This document shows positions 50,134 to 63,660 of a stretch of DNA of 64,000 nt, in pieces (positions within the stretch are counted from its first letter, which is position 1; every line of letters starts with the position of its first letter). This DNA is from Octopus sinensis. Lineage: Eukaryota. The stretch is from NCBI RefSeq assembly GCF_006345805.1, contig NC_043022.1:7750001-7814000 (forward strand). Reading direction: 5' to 3'. Position numbers and translations under genes: made by a program. The notes below the pieces were generated by a model. That model ran no database searches and was not told where the DNA came from. It saw nothing but the letters and a program-made list of their open reading frames with translations.

Positions 50134-50168
50134 GTTTCTGACGAAGAGGTCCGCTCGAAACGTTAAAT
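50134..50168 (+). ncRNA. Minimal type I HHR motif, canonical core
   Basis: GUUU-CUGACGA-A-GAG-GUCCG-CUC-GAAA-CG-UU-AAAU within a repeat at about 50070-50275. Confidence 0.6.
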
Positions 50169-50269
50169 TTTCCTTCTTTCTTTCCTTTCCTGAGCGTCCA
50201 ATAATACTATACTTGTTCCACGTCCTCGCGTTATTGTGTTTTCTCTTTGTGTTTTCATGCTTGGATTAC

Positions 50270-50327
<58 letters not shown>

Positions 50328-50329
<2 letters not shown>

Positions 50330-50475
50330 GATTGGCTTCTTTCAGTCTACCAAACCCACTCTCTGGGCTTTGATCGGCCCGAGGCTATAGTAGAAGACAC
50401 TTGCCCAAGGTGCCACACAGTGGGACTGAACCCGGAACTATGTGGTTGGGAAGCAAGCTTCTTATCATACAGTAA
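50328..50475 (-). mobile_element. SINE family A fragment
   Basis: Family homology. Confidence 0.75.
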
Positions 50476-50522
50476 GCGGTGATATGAAATGAAATAAACA
50501 AACGTTTGGTTAGTTTAAATAC

Positions 50523-50833
50523 GTTTGTGATGTATTTTAACTTCTAGACGCAATTTCAACGCAGTTTCCCTGAAGAAAAAGTTCTCCCTTCTGGTGAAGG
50601 TGTAAATACATCGTTATCAGCTCAGTGGCGCCCTCTCTAGTCCCCTAGATGCATTTCTGTCTCGTTATGTCTTCCTCAGAAGAGGATATCAAAGAGAGGT
50701 AACCTTGGGCTGATTCGTGGGCGCCACCGAGCTGATAATGGCGTAATTTCACTTGTAATATAAGCAAGATTTTTTTTTTCTACAAGTTGTACTGCAGTGA
50801 AATATCTTTTATAAGTTAAAATACATCACAAAC
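50523..50833. mobile_element. Probable MITE with perfect 21-bp TIRs and nested inner inverted repeats
   Basis: 50523-50543 versus 50813-50833 (perfect); 50614-50633 versus 50719-50738 (19/20). Confidence 0.7.
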
Positions 50834-50868
50834 ATATATGAACAAACCTCAAATTTGTGTGTGGGTGA

Positions 50869-51275
50869 AGACGCATGGCTCAGTGGTTAAAACGTCAGGC
50901 TTACAAAAGTAGGATTGTGAGTTCGAATCCCGGACCGGGCTGCGTGTTGTGTTCTTGAGCAGGTCACTTTATTTCACGTTGCTCCACTTCACCCAGCTGC
51001 AGAAATGAGTTTCGAAGTCACTGGTGCCAAGCTGTATACCTATTTCTTTACTACCCACAAGGGGCTAAACACAGAGAGCACAAACAAGGACAGACAAACG
51101 GATTAAGTCGATTATATCGACTCCAGTGCGTAACTGGTACATATTTAATCGACCCCCGAAAGGATGAAAGGCAAAGTCGACCTCGGCAGAATTTGAACTC
51201 AGAACGTAACAGCAGACGAAATACCGCTGGGCATTTCGCCCGGCGTGCTAACGGTTCTGCCAGCTCACCGCCCAC
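50869..51275. mobile_element. SINE family D 5' part (+, to about 51035) abutting SINE family B (-, 51040-51275)
   Basis: Family homology. Confidence 0.82.
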
Positions 51276-51477
51276 CTTTACAGCATATATTGAACACTGA
51301 TCTCTCATTCGTTCGACGTAAGGAAACATACGTGTATGTATATGAATGTGTGCGTGTCTGTACGTACATAGTATGTGTGTGTTGATATATATATATACAT
51401 ATATATATATATAATATATACTATATATATATATATATGGATGTGTGTGTGTGTGTGTGTGTGTGTGTTTCTCATAT

Positions 51478-51514
<37 letters not shown>

Positions 51515-51618
51515 AGAAGTGCGATGCATAGAGTGCGCGAAATAGATCGATAGGTATGTATATATATACATACATACACGCATATATATATATATATATA
51601 TATGCTACATACAATCTG

Positions 51619-51669
<51 letters not shown>

Positions 51670-52439
51670 CTCATCTCTTTCTCCCGTATCACTTCAGCTT
51701 CCGAGCACAACGACCCAGTGTTTCCATTTGAGAAGCTTGACGACATTTTGTGGCCGATTTCATGCATCGATTAGTTGTTACTGTCAAACCGATGATTGAT
51801 ACACCGAAGCTATCTGACACCACACAGATAAGTGCTGAGGCGGTGTGTGTTTGTGTGTTATATGTATGTATATATGTCGTATAATTATATATATATATAT
51901 ATATGTGTGTGTGTGCTATTTGTATGTATGTCTGTATATGTGGATATGGGCGTGTTTCTATACAACTGTACAAATATAAATGTACATACAAATAATGTAT
52001 ATATACATACATGCACATACGTTCACACGTGCATATTAACGTACATAAAGATTTGCGCGTTTACATGTATGCATATATATTATATACATTATATATATAT
52101 ATTATATATATATTATATATTCCAAGTAAGTTTTATATATATATAATATATACATGCATACGTTCACACATGCATATTAACATACATAAAGATTTGCGTA
52201 TTTATATGTATCCATTATATATATATGCATATATATTATATACATTACATATATATATATATGTATATATATATTATACATGTATATATTATTCATAGAT
52301 TATATGCATGTATACACAAATACTCGCATACACGCACAAATGTATTCGTCATCCAAGGTACATGTATACATGCTCCAGTGACGTTTCCAACATTATAAAT
52401 GTCCAATGTCATTGTATATTCCTGATCTTCGACACTTGT

Positions 52440-53190
52440 GGCGACGGCGGTGACGAGGATGATGATGGTGATGATGTTCGTGGTGGTGGTGGTTCTTAAT
52501 GGTGTTGATAACATTCAGTGTTGATGACGGAATCGGCAGAACTTCTACTGATGGTGGTGGCGACGGTGGTGAACACTGATGGTTGCGATAACATTGATGA
52601 TGGCTGTTGGTGGTGGTTGCTGTGGTTGGCGGGGGTTATTATGGTAGTTGTGTAGCTGGTAATAGTTGATGTGACAGTCTTAATGGTGGTGGCGGCGGTG
52701 TTGGCGTTGGCTGAGATCGTAGCTATGATGGTGGTGTGGTGGTGGTGGTGGTGGTGGCGGTTGTTGCTGTTGTATTGTTAGCAGTGGTTATGGTAATGGT
52801 GGTAGTGTCAGTGTTGGCTGCGGTTGCAGTTATAGTGGTGGTGGTTTTGGTGGTGGTATTAATAGTGATGGTGGTGGTAGTTGTGGTTGTGCTGTTGGAG
52901 GTAGTTGTGATTACACTGGTTATTGTCATGGTGGTGGTGGTAATGGTGATGATGGTGGTGATAGTGGTGGTGGTGGTAGTGGAGGAGGTGGTGGTGGTGG
53001 TGGGAGTGGAGGTGATAGTGGTGGTGGTGTTGGTTGCATTGGTACTTGCTGTTGTGGTGATGGTAGTTGCATTGGTACTTGCTGTTATGGTGGTGGTGAT
53101 AGTGGTGGTGGTGGTTGTGGCGGTTGTAGTAGTGACGGCGGTGTTGGCATCGGGAGTGCTCGTAGTGGTAGTGATAATAGTGGTAGCTTT
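52440..53190. repeat. Degenerate (GGT)n tract
   Basis: Direct reading; poly-Val/Thr/His ORFs are artefacts. Confidence 0.9.
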
Positions 53191-53477
53191 TACTGTGGCT
53201 GTTTATCTCTAAGTTAGCTGGTAACCAAGTAGAACTATGAGCAAACGCATTCCAGCCGTGACCATCACGTCTATTTTTTTTCAATATAGTCTCTAAGACT
53301 TCATTTTCGGGTATTTTCTTTCCTTATTTAAGAGAGTAGGGCGGGATTTCAGAGGAATTTGGTCGCTACTTTTAGCAAGTCAACCGACTGCATATTAAGA
53401 GGCTGCTCCATCGTTTTGTCCCAGGAGGGGAATGCGCAGTTGACGAGTACAAATCGGTTGTCGAGAACAGGGAAAAT

Positions 53478-53630
53478 GGTCAGGTTTACTTGTACTGCGG
53501 CCATGCTGAAGCACTGCCTTGAAAGGTTTTCGTCGAACAAATCCACTCCAGAACTTGCTTTCTTTCTTTTTCTTTTTAGGTCTTATTCTATTCGTCTCTT
53601 TTGCCGAATCGCTAAGTTACGTAAACACTA
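53478..53630 (-). mobile_element. SINE family A 3' part
   Basis: Family homology. Confidence 0.7.
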
Positions 53631-53915
53631 AGATACACACACACACACACGCACACACTGTTCCGTTGATGGGATCAAATGGCTCCCTCATCGTCGTCGC
53701 AACCGACGTAGGGCCAGTCAATGACAGAGCAACCAAAAGTGTTCTGGTCTCTTCTTTCTTCCTCTGTATAGTTTGCGCTCGATGTTGGCCTTTTGGGTCA
53801 TATTTGATGGAAAAGAAAATCTTGTCGCCTTTCAAGATGAGAAAGAAACGTGTTTCTTTGATCGTAATTTATATATTCAAATCAAAATATTTTCCCCTCG
53901 TTATTCATAACATAG

Positions 53916-54212
53916 TGGAGGCACATGGCCTAGTGGTTAGAGCAGCGGACTCGCGGTCGAGAGATCGCGGGTTCGAATCTCAGACCGGGCGATGCGTGTG
54001 TTGATGAGCGAAATACCTAAGCTCCACGCGGCTCCGGCAGAAGGTAATGTCGAACTTCTGCTGACTCTTTCGCCACAACTTTCTCTCCCTCTTTCCTCCT
54101 GCATCTTGCAGCTCACCTGCGACGGACCGGCGTCCCGTCCAGGTGGGGAACCTATACGCCAAGGAAACCGGGAAACCGGCCCTTATGAGCCAGGAATGGC
54201 TCGAGAAGGAAC
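53916..54212 (+). mobile_element. SINE family C-related element
   Basis: A box TGGCCTAGTGG, B box GGTTCGAATC; 3' part differs from the 4883 copy. Confidence 0.8.
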
Positions 54213-54774
54213 AAACTATGTATGTATGTAGGTAGGTCGGTCGGTCGGTCGGTCGGTCGGTTGGTCGGTCGTTCCGAAGGTAATCATTTCTATGTATCGA
54301 AATATTTTCCGAACTAAACATACACCTCAGTTTAATAGCTCCAAGAACCTATACGATGCTGCACGTACACTCTTCTCCGAGTCCACTGTTTTTATAGCAG
54401 AAATAGATTTCAAAGCAAAGAAACATTCTATAGCATATTTAAACTTTCTTACTTGACTGGAAATTAGATCTGCTTATAAATGCAGTAAGAGAGGATGAGA
54501 GAGAGAGGGGGGGGGTTACTACTATGAGATCACAGAGAGGGTGAATATTCTGATTAAGAGGAGAGAACTAATACCCTGTCCACTAATCCACGTATGTGTG
54601 TGTGTGCTTTATTTGCCTTTGTGGGGCTTGTTTACGTCATCGTAATGTAGCTTCATTTAAGGGGTTTTTTTCCTTATCTTGAGAGGTATTTTTGTCATAA
54701 TATCCCCTCACCAAATTTACCAATTCCGATAACTTAGGTCTCACTACTTTTCCTAACCCCTATGTCGATACTCT

Positions 54775-55370
54775 TTAAGAATTATTTCTACTCTAGGCAC
54801 AAAGCCTTGAAAAATTGGGGAGAAGGAGGTTGGTCGATTATATCGACCCCAGTGCGTAATTGCTTCTTATTTTATCGACACCGAAAGGATAAAAGGCAAA
54901 GTCGACCTCGGCGGAATTTGAACTCAGAACGTAGCAGCAGAGTAAGCATTTCGCCCGGCGTGCTAACGATTCCGCCAGCTCACCGCCTTCATAATAATTA
55001 TTTCTACTCTAGGCACAAGGACATGAAAATTTGGTGGAAGGGGCCTAACCGATTATATTGACACTAGTGCATAACTGGTTCTTATTTTATTGACCCCGGA
55101 AGGATGAAAGGCAAAGTCGACCTCGGCAGAATTTGAACTCAGAACGTGCCTATTTCTTTGCTACCCACAAGGGGCTAAACACAGAGGGGACAGACAAGGA
55201 CCGACAAATGGATTAAGTCGATTATATCGACCCCAGTGCGTAACTGGTACTTATTTCATCAACCCCGAAAGGATGAAAGACAAGGTCGACCTCGGCGGAA
55301 TTTGAACTCAGAACGTACTGCCAAGCATTTCGCCCGGCGTGCTAACGATTCTTTCTACCAGCTCGCCGTC
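54775..55370 (-). mobile_element. SINE family B, tandem of 3-4 partial units
   Basis: Repeated GTCGACCTCGGC(G/A)GAATTTGAACTCAGAACG. Confidence 0.85.
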
Positions 55371-55739
55371 TTGTGATACTTCTGGATAATGTTCTAACCG
55401 TACTCCTGTTGTACTGGATGTCCATAATTATCTTACGTACAGAAACTTCACAATAGTTTACTCGAAGTTTGTGACTTACGTATATGAAAAAAAAAGAATT
55501 TTTCTTTTCTCCGTGGATTCCCTTCGAAAATTTACCCAAAAATAACTGGAAACGTTCTCTGTTGGACGAGCCATTTTGAAAAAGAAATGAACGGCCATAT
55601 TAGATAATGTTGGGATCTGTCTATAAAAAGAATATCCAAAGAGAGATGGGAAGGCCATACTGGAGCGCCTCTTGCTTACAGATGCACTCAGTATGAAGAA
55701 GTACCCTACGATAAAGATAAATACCAATGCAATACCATC

Positions 55740-56930
55740 CAACCATCAAAGTATCCAACTAATCATCCGCTAACAGATCCAGTCATTCATTTATCCACCT
55801 AACCATCCACCTAACCACCGATACATCTAACTAACTAACTAACCACCCATCTAACCACCGATACATCCAACCATCCGAATATCCAGTCATCAATACATCC
55901 AACAAATGAACCATCCAACCATCAACACGCCCAATCATCCACCCAACAAACAAGCCATCCAACTACCAATACCAATCAACCATCCAACCACCAACACATT
56001 CAATCATCAAACCATCTAACCATCCACCAATACACCCAACCAATCAACCACCAACAATCTAATCATACAACTAATCAGCCATCCAATACTTCCAGCAATT
56101 TAACCATCCAACCACTTAACCAACTAATTTTCCAATCACCAACGCATCCAACCAGCAAACCATTTAAATAATAACACATCCAGTCATGTAACCATCTAGC
56201 CATCCAACTAAACAGCCACCAACACTTCCAACCATTTAAACACCAACACAATCGAACATCTTACCGTCTAACCATCCTACTCACCAATCACCAACACTTT
56301 CAATCATCTAGCCATCAAACCACCAGCACATTCTACCACCTAACCATCCAACTAACCAGCCATCCAACATCTTCAAATATCTAACCATCCACCCACCCGC
56401 ACATCAACACATCCAATTATCTGACCATCTAACCATCCAACGTCTTCAACCATTCAAACACCAACACATCCAATCATCCAAATATCTAAACATCTAACCA
56501 TCCACCCACCCGAATATCAACACATCCAGTTATCTGACCATCCAACTAACCAGCTATCCAACTGCTTCAGCCATCTAACCATTCAAACACTAACACATCT
56601 AATCATCCAAATAGCTAACCATCTACTATTTCATCCACCAACCCGCACATCTACACATCCAATTATCTGACCATCTAACCATCCAACTATCTAACCATCC
56701 AAGTAACCAGCGATCCAACTGCTTCAGCCATCTAACCATTCAAACGCCAACATATCCAGTCATCCAAATATCTAAACATCTAACCATCCACCAGCTCATT
56801 CACCCACCCGAACACCGACACATCCAATTATCCCACCATCTAGCCATCCAACAAACCTGCCATCCAACAAACCAGCCATCCAGCCGTCAGCCCATCCAAC
56901 CATCCGCCCATCCAACCATGCCCATACATT
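55740..56930. repeat. 1.2-kb (AACCATCC)-derived minisatellite with higher-order units
   Basis: CACATCCAATTATCTGACCATC and CTTCAGCCATCTAACCATTCAAAC recur. Confidence 0.85.
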
Positions 56931-57154
56931 AATCTAGAGGTCCGCTTATCAACACTAACCATGCCATAATCGTCCACGCTATTATCTTGTCATCTCAACT
57001 CCCATCACGTTACGTAATGTGTTTTATCACTGTCATGGCCGTTTCTCTCCCCATATGGTCAAGTGTCCACACAGCCACACAAAGGACACTCGCTGTCCAG
57101 CCTACTTTCCCATCTTTCCCCCGTTTCAAAACCCTCATAACACCATATTCCACA

Positions 57155-57189
<35 letters not shown>

Positions 57190-57311
57190 GCAGATTCACA
57201 TGTTTACTCACAAAACGCATACTTATGCCTCCGCATTGCTTTCAGTTCCTAGGCATAAGCACACCACACACACACACACACACATTTGTATGCACACATC
57301 ATATATGTACG

Positions 57312-57342
<31 letters not shown>

Positions 57343-57417
57343 CTATATATATATATATATATAATATAATAAATATATATATGCACATATATATATAAAT
57401 ATATATATAATATGCAC

Positions 57418-57459
<42 letters not shown>

Positions 57460-57879
57460 CACACATATACACGCCTCATACTTCAAGTGTCGCATAATGG
57501 TTAGTGTGTGTATATATCTGTGTGTGTGTGTATGTGCCTATAAATAATGAATGTATGCATATATGTGTGTATAATCTATATGCATACATGTGTGTATGTA
57601 TATATATATATATATATATAATAATAGTATATATATATAATATGATGTAATATATATAATATATAATATGTATGTATATATATATATATATTATATATAT
57701 ATATATATAATGCATGTGTATTACGTGTGTATATGTATATATATATATAGAGAGAGAGGGGTGTGGCTATATATATATATATATATATATGAAAATAAGC
57801 ACACTCTCATATATGAGCAAATACGCGCGCACACACACGCATATACACACGCGTGCCTCATGCTTTAAGTGTCACTTAC

Positions 57880-58005
57880 TGCCAATGTGTTCCTCACAGA
57901 AAATGACCGGCATCTTCCTTTCACTGGTTCCAGATTCCATGCATGAATATATACAACACCCTTGGGAACCCGCAGAAGATTGCCTTCATTATGGAAGCGA
58001 CAAAC
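57880..58005 (-). CDS. Candidate internal coding exon of an unidentified gene
   Basis: GTTATTCAG| acceptor, 126 nt open in phase 0 (VCRFHNEGNLLRVPKGVVYIHAWNLEPVKGRCRSFSVRNTLA), |GTAAGT donor; no family recognised. Confidence 0.3.
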
Positions 58006-58356
58006 CTGAATAACGATGACGTCATCTCAAACCTTCTTGTCACCAAAGAGGTTCATTATTGTAGATTGAGTTCTACCCGCTTACTCAAGAGTGCAAATTA
58101 TCGTATGTAAGGGTAGGCTACAGCCTTCAATCCATTCATTTGTATATTTTATCATTACTATTCAACTAGTTATGCAATTGTCCTCACATAATATATTCCA
58201 TTTGCCCATCGACTCATCAGCTTACGTATTCAGACAAAAGTTCAGCCATCTACTTGTCTCCCTTTATCTCTCCCCATCTAAATACCTATCTGTCCGCTCA
58301 TTCTAGTCATCTGTCTATCTTGATGTCTACCTTCAATTCATACATCTATTTATCAG

Positions 58357-58401
<45 letters not shown>

Positions 58402-58404
58402 TCT

Positions 58405-58438
<34 letters not shown>

Positions 58439-58460
58439 ATACACATACACATCTATCATC

Positions 58461-58506
<46 letters not shown>

Positions 58507-58650
58507 CATAATCTATATATATATATATATTATATACATATATACATACATAACACACACATACACACATACACACTATCTATCTATATACCTATCTATC
58601 CACAAACACATCCATCTATTTATCTATCTATCTATATATCTATCTATCTA

Positions 58651-58704
<54 letters not shown>

Positions 58705-59038
58705 TGGAGTAACAACAAACAAATACTTTGTTTGTTTGTACTCCACCTGCCTTCGTCTTTATTTATTTTCATAAACCTTCCCGTTATATATGTATATATA
58801 TATAACACACACACACACTATATCTATCTATCTATCATCTATCTATCACAAACACATCTTTCTATCTATCTGTCTATCTACCCAACTATCTATTTATCTA
58901 CCTATTTATCTATTCATTTATTTATAGATATCTATTCTCCATCTTTCTTGCTATATCTCTCTGTCTATTCATTTATCCATCTATTTATCTATCTAGATAT
59001 CTCTCTTTCATTCATTCATTTGTCTATCTGTCTATCTG

Positions 59039-59134
<96 letters not shown>

Positions 59135-59847
59135 ATTTATTTATCTATCTATCTATCTGTCTGTCTGTCTATCTTCTCTCTTTATCTATCTATCTATCAT
59201 ATATTCAATCTTTATCGTTAAATTTGTCTGTCTCTCTCTATCTATCACTCTCTCTCTTTCTCTCTTGCTCACTTTTCTCACTGATTCTCCTTCACATTCT
59301 TTCTCTCTTACTTTGTTTCTCCCTCACTCTCTCTGCATATCGCTCTCCCTAACTCTCTCCTCTCTCTCCCTCTCTCTCTCACTCGTTCTGTGTATATACC
59401 TGGACAGATTGGTATTTAATACACGTGCAAGAACGCGCCCACACGCGCACGTGGATGGCTTGTATCTTTTACTCTTTTCACTCATTGTAAAGCAGCCATG
59501 TTGATGCTTCGCCATCAAGAACCTAGTGGGAGAAATCAAGCGCCTAATTATAGTAAAAATTAATTAAAAACGCAATGACCAGCGTTAAAAGAAATATAGT
59601 TATGTACAGTCTTATTTAGCGACCAGCTTTTATTGTTCATGAACAAAGTCTTGGTATACATAACTGATGGAGCGCAACTATGCAGAAATGCAGACTTGAG
59701 CCAGTACTTTCTCCTTTATCGTCTATAACGAGAATTTCCTCTCCCAAGCCAAATCGTACAACGTATTGTCTTTCCATGGTCGAATAAACACGAACTTGTT
59801 AAATATGAGTGTATGTAAGTGTATTGCAGTAAACGCTGCTTTTGATT

Positions 59848-60470
59848 AATTTGTGGCTGTGTGGTAAGAAGCTTTCTTCCCAGCCACATGCTTCCGGGTT
59901 CAGTCCTACTGCGTGGCACCTTGGGCAAGTGTCTTTTGCTATAGCCTCGGGCCAACCAAAGCCTTGTGAGTGGCTTTGATAGACGGAACCTGAAAGAAGC
60001 TCGTGTGTGTGTGTGTGTGTGTATGTATTTGTGTGTATATAGTTGAGTGTATGTTTGTGGTGTGTTTATGTCCTCATAACCAAGCGGTTCGGCAAAGACA
60101 CCGATAAAGTACTAGGCTTACAAATAATAAATCCTGGGGTCTATTTCTTTAACTAAAACCCTTTAAGGTGGTGCTCCAGCATGGCCACAGTTAAACATGT
60201 AAAAGTGTAAACGAATAAAACAACTCGTATATCTTCAAATGTTTGGATTGTGTCGAAAATATATCAACTTTTATTTCCTTACTTGTTTCATTCATTAGAC
60301 TGCGGCCATGCTGGGGCATCACCTTGAAGAATTTTTGGTCGAACGAATCGACCCCAGTATTAATGTTTATTAAGCATCGTACTCATTCTATCGATCTCAT
60401 TCGCCGAACCACTAGCTTACGGGGACATAATCACACCAACACTGGTTTTGGAGCGATGGTGAGAGACAAA
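59848..60470. mobile_element. Tail-to-tail SINE family A pair (+ 59848-60220; - 60278-60470)
   Basis: Family homology. Confidence 0.8.
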
Positions 60471-60476
60471 CACACA

Positions 60477-60514
<38 letters not shown>

Positions 60515-60809
60515 TACACACATACATACATACATACATACATACATACATACATACATACATACATACATACATCCAAATATAGAAGAACATTATTTTT
60601 TTTTTTAATAATAACGTTAGTGGCCACGAGCGTAAAAGCCGTATAAGCAAATTATTAATTATATATAAGATATATAGATATATTTATAGAGTGTTAAACA
60701 CTTTCGTTATGCAAATTAGGGACTCCTTCATAGAGTATCTGCTGCATTTGTTGTGTGTATAAAGAGTTTCGCTTCTTGTTACTCTGAAGACTGTCAGAAT
60801 GGTGTAGAC

Positions 60810-60852
60810 GCCTCTGATGAGAACCCAATAAGGTTCGAAAATCGATTAAGGT
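60810..60852 (+). ncRNA. Minimal type I hammerhead motif, canonical core
   Basis: GCCU-CUGAUGA-GAACC-CAAUAA-GGUUC-GAAA-AUCGAU-UA-AGGU; palindromic stem III AAUCGAUU, UUA triplet. Confidence 0.75.
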
Positions 60853-60864
60853 TACTCTTTACTC

Positions 60865-61255
60865 TCTTACTTGTTTCAGTCATTTGACTGTGGCCCTGCT
60901 GGAGCACCGCATTTAGTCGACCAAATCGACCCCAGGACTTATTCTTTTTCAGCCTAGTACTTATTCTATCGGTCTCTTTTGCCGAACCGCTGATTTACGG
61001 GGACGTAAACACACCAGCATCTGTTGTCAAGTGATGTTAGGAGGACAAACACACACACACACACACACGCACATATATATATATATATATATATGGTGGG
61101 CTTCTTTCAGTTTCCGTCTACCAAATTCACTCGCAAGACTGGTCGACCAGAGGCTATAGTAGAAGACACTTGCCCAAGTTGCCACGCAGTGGGACTAAAC
61201 CCGGAACCATGTGGTTCGTAAGCAAGCTACTTACCACACAGCCACTCCTACGCCT
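60865..61255 (-). mobile_element. SINE family A, full length
   Basis: Family homology. Confidence 0.88.
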
Positions 61256-61356
61256 TTGGTTGTTCATCATTTTTTTTCAGTCTGCGGAGAAATGGCTAAA
61301 ATTTGCCCTAAAAATAATTATACTATATGTCACGTATATATATGTCACATATATTT

Positions 61357-61412
<56 letters not shown>

Positions 61413-61425
61413 ATATATATATATG

Positions 61426-61494
<69 letters not shown>

Positions 61495-62339
61495 TATCTC
61501 TTATTATAAAAGGCAGATTTATCTGCCTCCCTTGGGAGTTATACAAATCTACAATATAGGATTTCTTCAATTACAATTTACCTAGCAGTTTTAAGAGTAC
61601 AATGCATCGCGTCATGCCAGGTCCAGTTTTTAAAATTTAAACTCCAATTAAGCAATTTACAGAAAACTCACATTCTGGTGTGTGTGTCAGATGCTTTTCT
61701 TAGTCTGGTTTACCACCACACGCAAACGCACACACACAGTGGGCAATGAATAAAATGAAAGTAAATAGCGACAGAATGATTTGAGGAAGACTAAAGTGAA
61801 AGTATTCCTGTCTATGACGCTGATAGATACATGAGTAAAATGTATGGGAAGCTAAGAGCTAAGAGTGAGTGAAAATGTTCTTGGAAGAGAGTAATTAGTA
61901 ATAAAGTAACAACATACACTACATACATACATACCATACATACATACATACATACATACAATACATACATACACACCCACACTAACACACACATACATAC
62001 ACACACACTACCTACATACACACATACATATACATCCATCACATACATACATCTACATACATACATACACCAACACACACACACACACACACAGTATGAA
62101 GCTTGAGAACAATCAGATACATTTGCAACACATCTGTTGAAAATATTATTGTTCACACACATACTATACAATATACATACAGACAGACAGATAGACACAC
62201 ACACACACACACACACACACATATGATCCAGCATGCCACAACTCAAGGCTGAAACATATAAAGAATAACAGAATATAAATGTGTGCAAAGTACAAGAAAT
62301 ATTAATGCAGTATATGGGGATTGGACAATAAGCGTAAGC

Positions 62340-62625
62340 AGTGTCATGGTGTTCCAGAATCCCGAGCCATAAACTACAGCCTAGAAGACGAGCCTCATCC
62401 TGAAAGATCTGTAGAACTCGACAAGGACATCCTGAAAACCCTGGTGGAACAAAATATCATCGTAACTGTTGAGGAACTAGCAGAGAAGCTTGGATTTGGT
62501 CATTCAACCATTCATTGAGACCTGTGTGCTATCGAAAAGTCAGCAAATGGGTCAATGGGTTCCTCAACGAACTTTCCGAGTCTAATTGCATGCGAGAGTG
62601 AAGTATGCTTTTCTTTGCTGTCATA
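62340..62625 (+). pseudogene. Mariner transposase relic (HTH region)
   Basis: NYSLEDEPHPERSVELDKDILKTLVEQNIIVTVEELAEKLGFGHSTIH* then a frameshifted KVSKxGQWVP-like motif. Confidence 0.85.
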
Positions 62626-62650
62626 TCTCACCACTACTGCGCTATGTATA

Positions 62651-63284
62651 TCTATATATATAAAACTGTAGTTGTGTGAGTGTCTGTCCCCTTCGATTTA
62701 GATTCCTAACTACTCCCACATTTTGCGGTACAGTTTAACCAAATTCGGGTAGCTTATAGTCGTGATTCATATCGAGCCCGTCTGAGTATTAGCGCGCGTC
62801 TACGATGAGTCTACGATTTTAAAAATAATTTAACATCGTTTTTTATTCCATTTTAATGCATAATTTTTCGTGTGTCGATGGCGGCGGAGTTGGCGTCCAC
62901 GCTCACACCTGCACCTGTGGGGAAGGGAGTGTAAGGAAATCAACGTCGTAATGCGTTGTCAAGGAGACCAGTGTTCTTTTAGAACAACGACTTCATGGCT
63001 TGAAGACACCAAAACAGAAATGGCTAAGAAAGCGTCTACATGAGTCTACGATTTTAAAAAAAATTTACCATCGTTTTTTTTCCATTTTAATGCATTTTTT
63101 CGCTATTATATAAGGGAAGTAACTCTCTAAAAATGTCTACGATGAGTCAACGATTTAAAAAAAATTTACCATCATATTTTTCCATTTTAATGCATTTTTT
63201 GCTATTTTTTGGCTATAACTCTCTAAAACTGCTTATATAGTTATTTCCCTTACAAACCCGAGCAACGCCGGGCGATACTGCTAG
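62651..63284 (+). mobile_element. Non-autonomous Helitron, copy 3 (with internal duplications)
   Basis: A|TC start, CCCGAGCAACGCCGGG hairpin, CTAG|T end. Confidence 0.88.
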
Positions 63285-63285
63285 T

Positions 63286-63337
<52 letters not shown>

Positions 63338-63384
63338 ATATATATCTTAGATGTATATATATATATATATATAATATATGTATA

Positions 63385-63422
<38 letters not shown>

Positions 63423-63660
63423 TATATACACATACTTATGGTATAGTCTGTTAAGAACGTAGTAGAGTACAGTGTAAAGCTCGTCCACCTTCAGATTTCA
63501 CCCAGTGCTATCCGGGGGGTAGTATTATACGTACTTCCACGCTGGTTTTGAGCATCCGTCGTGAGTGAATAGATAATTGTAAAAATTGGGACCCAATTTT
63601 TTCAAATTATATTATATATATATATATTATATATGATATATATATATATATAATAATATA

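Noticed and set aside
3733-54000. tRNA-like sequences (3733, 15317, 17294, 45794, 47137, 53916) as tRNA genes
   Set aside because: Acceptor and anticodon stems are incomplete and each continues into a repeat body; they are SINE heads.
55410-55700. Possible Tc1/mariner end (TACTGGATGTCC...)
   Set aside because: No matching second TIR or clear transposase motif found.
55740-56930. TAACC words resembling (TTAGG)n telomeric repeat
   Set aside because: Never in tandem; explained by AACC/ATCC microsatellite mixing.
155-63488. Most ORFs in the supplied track (YI-, VC-, HT-, LS-rich and poly-T/V/H/S/N peptides)
   Set aside because: Translations of microsatellites; no domain content.
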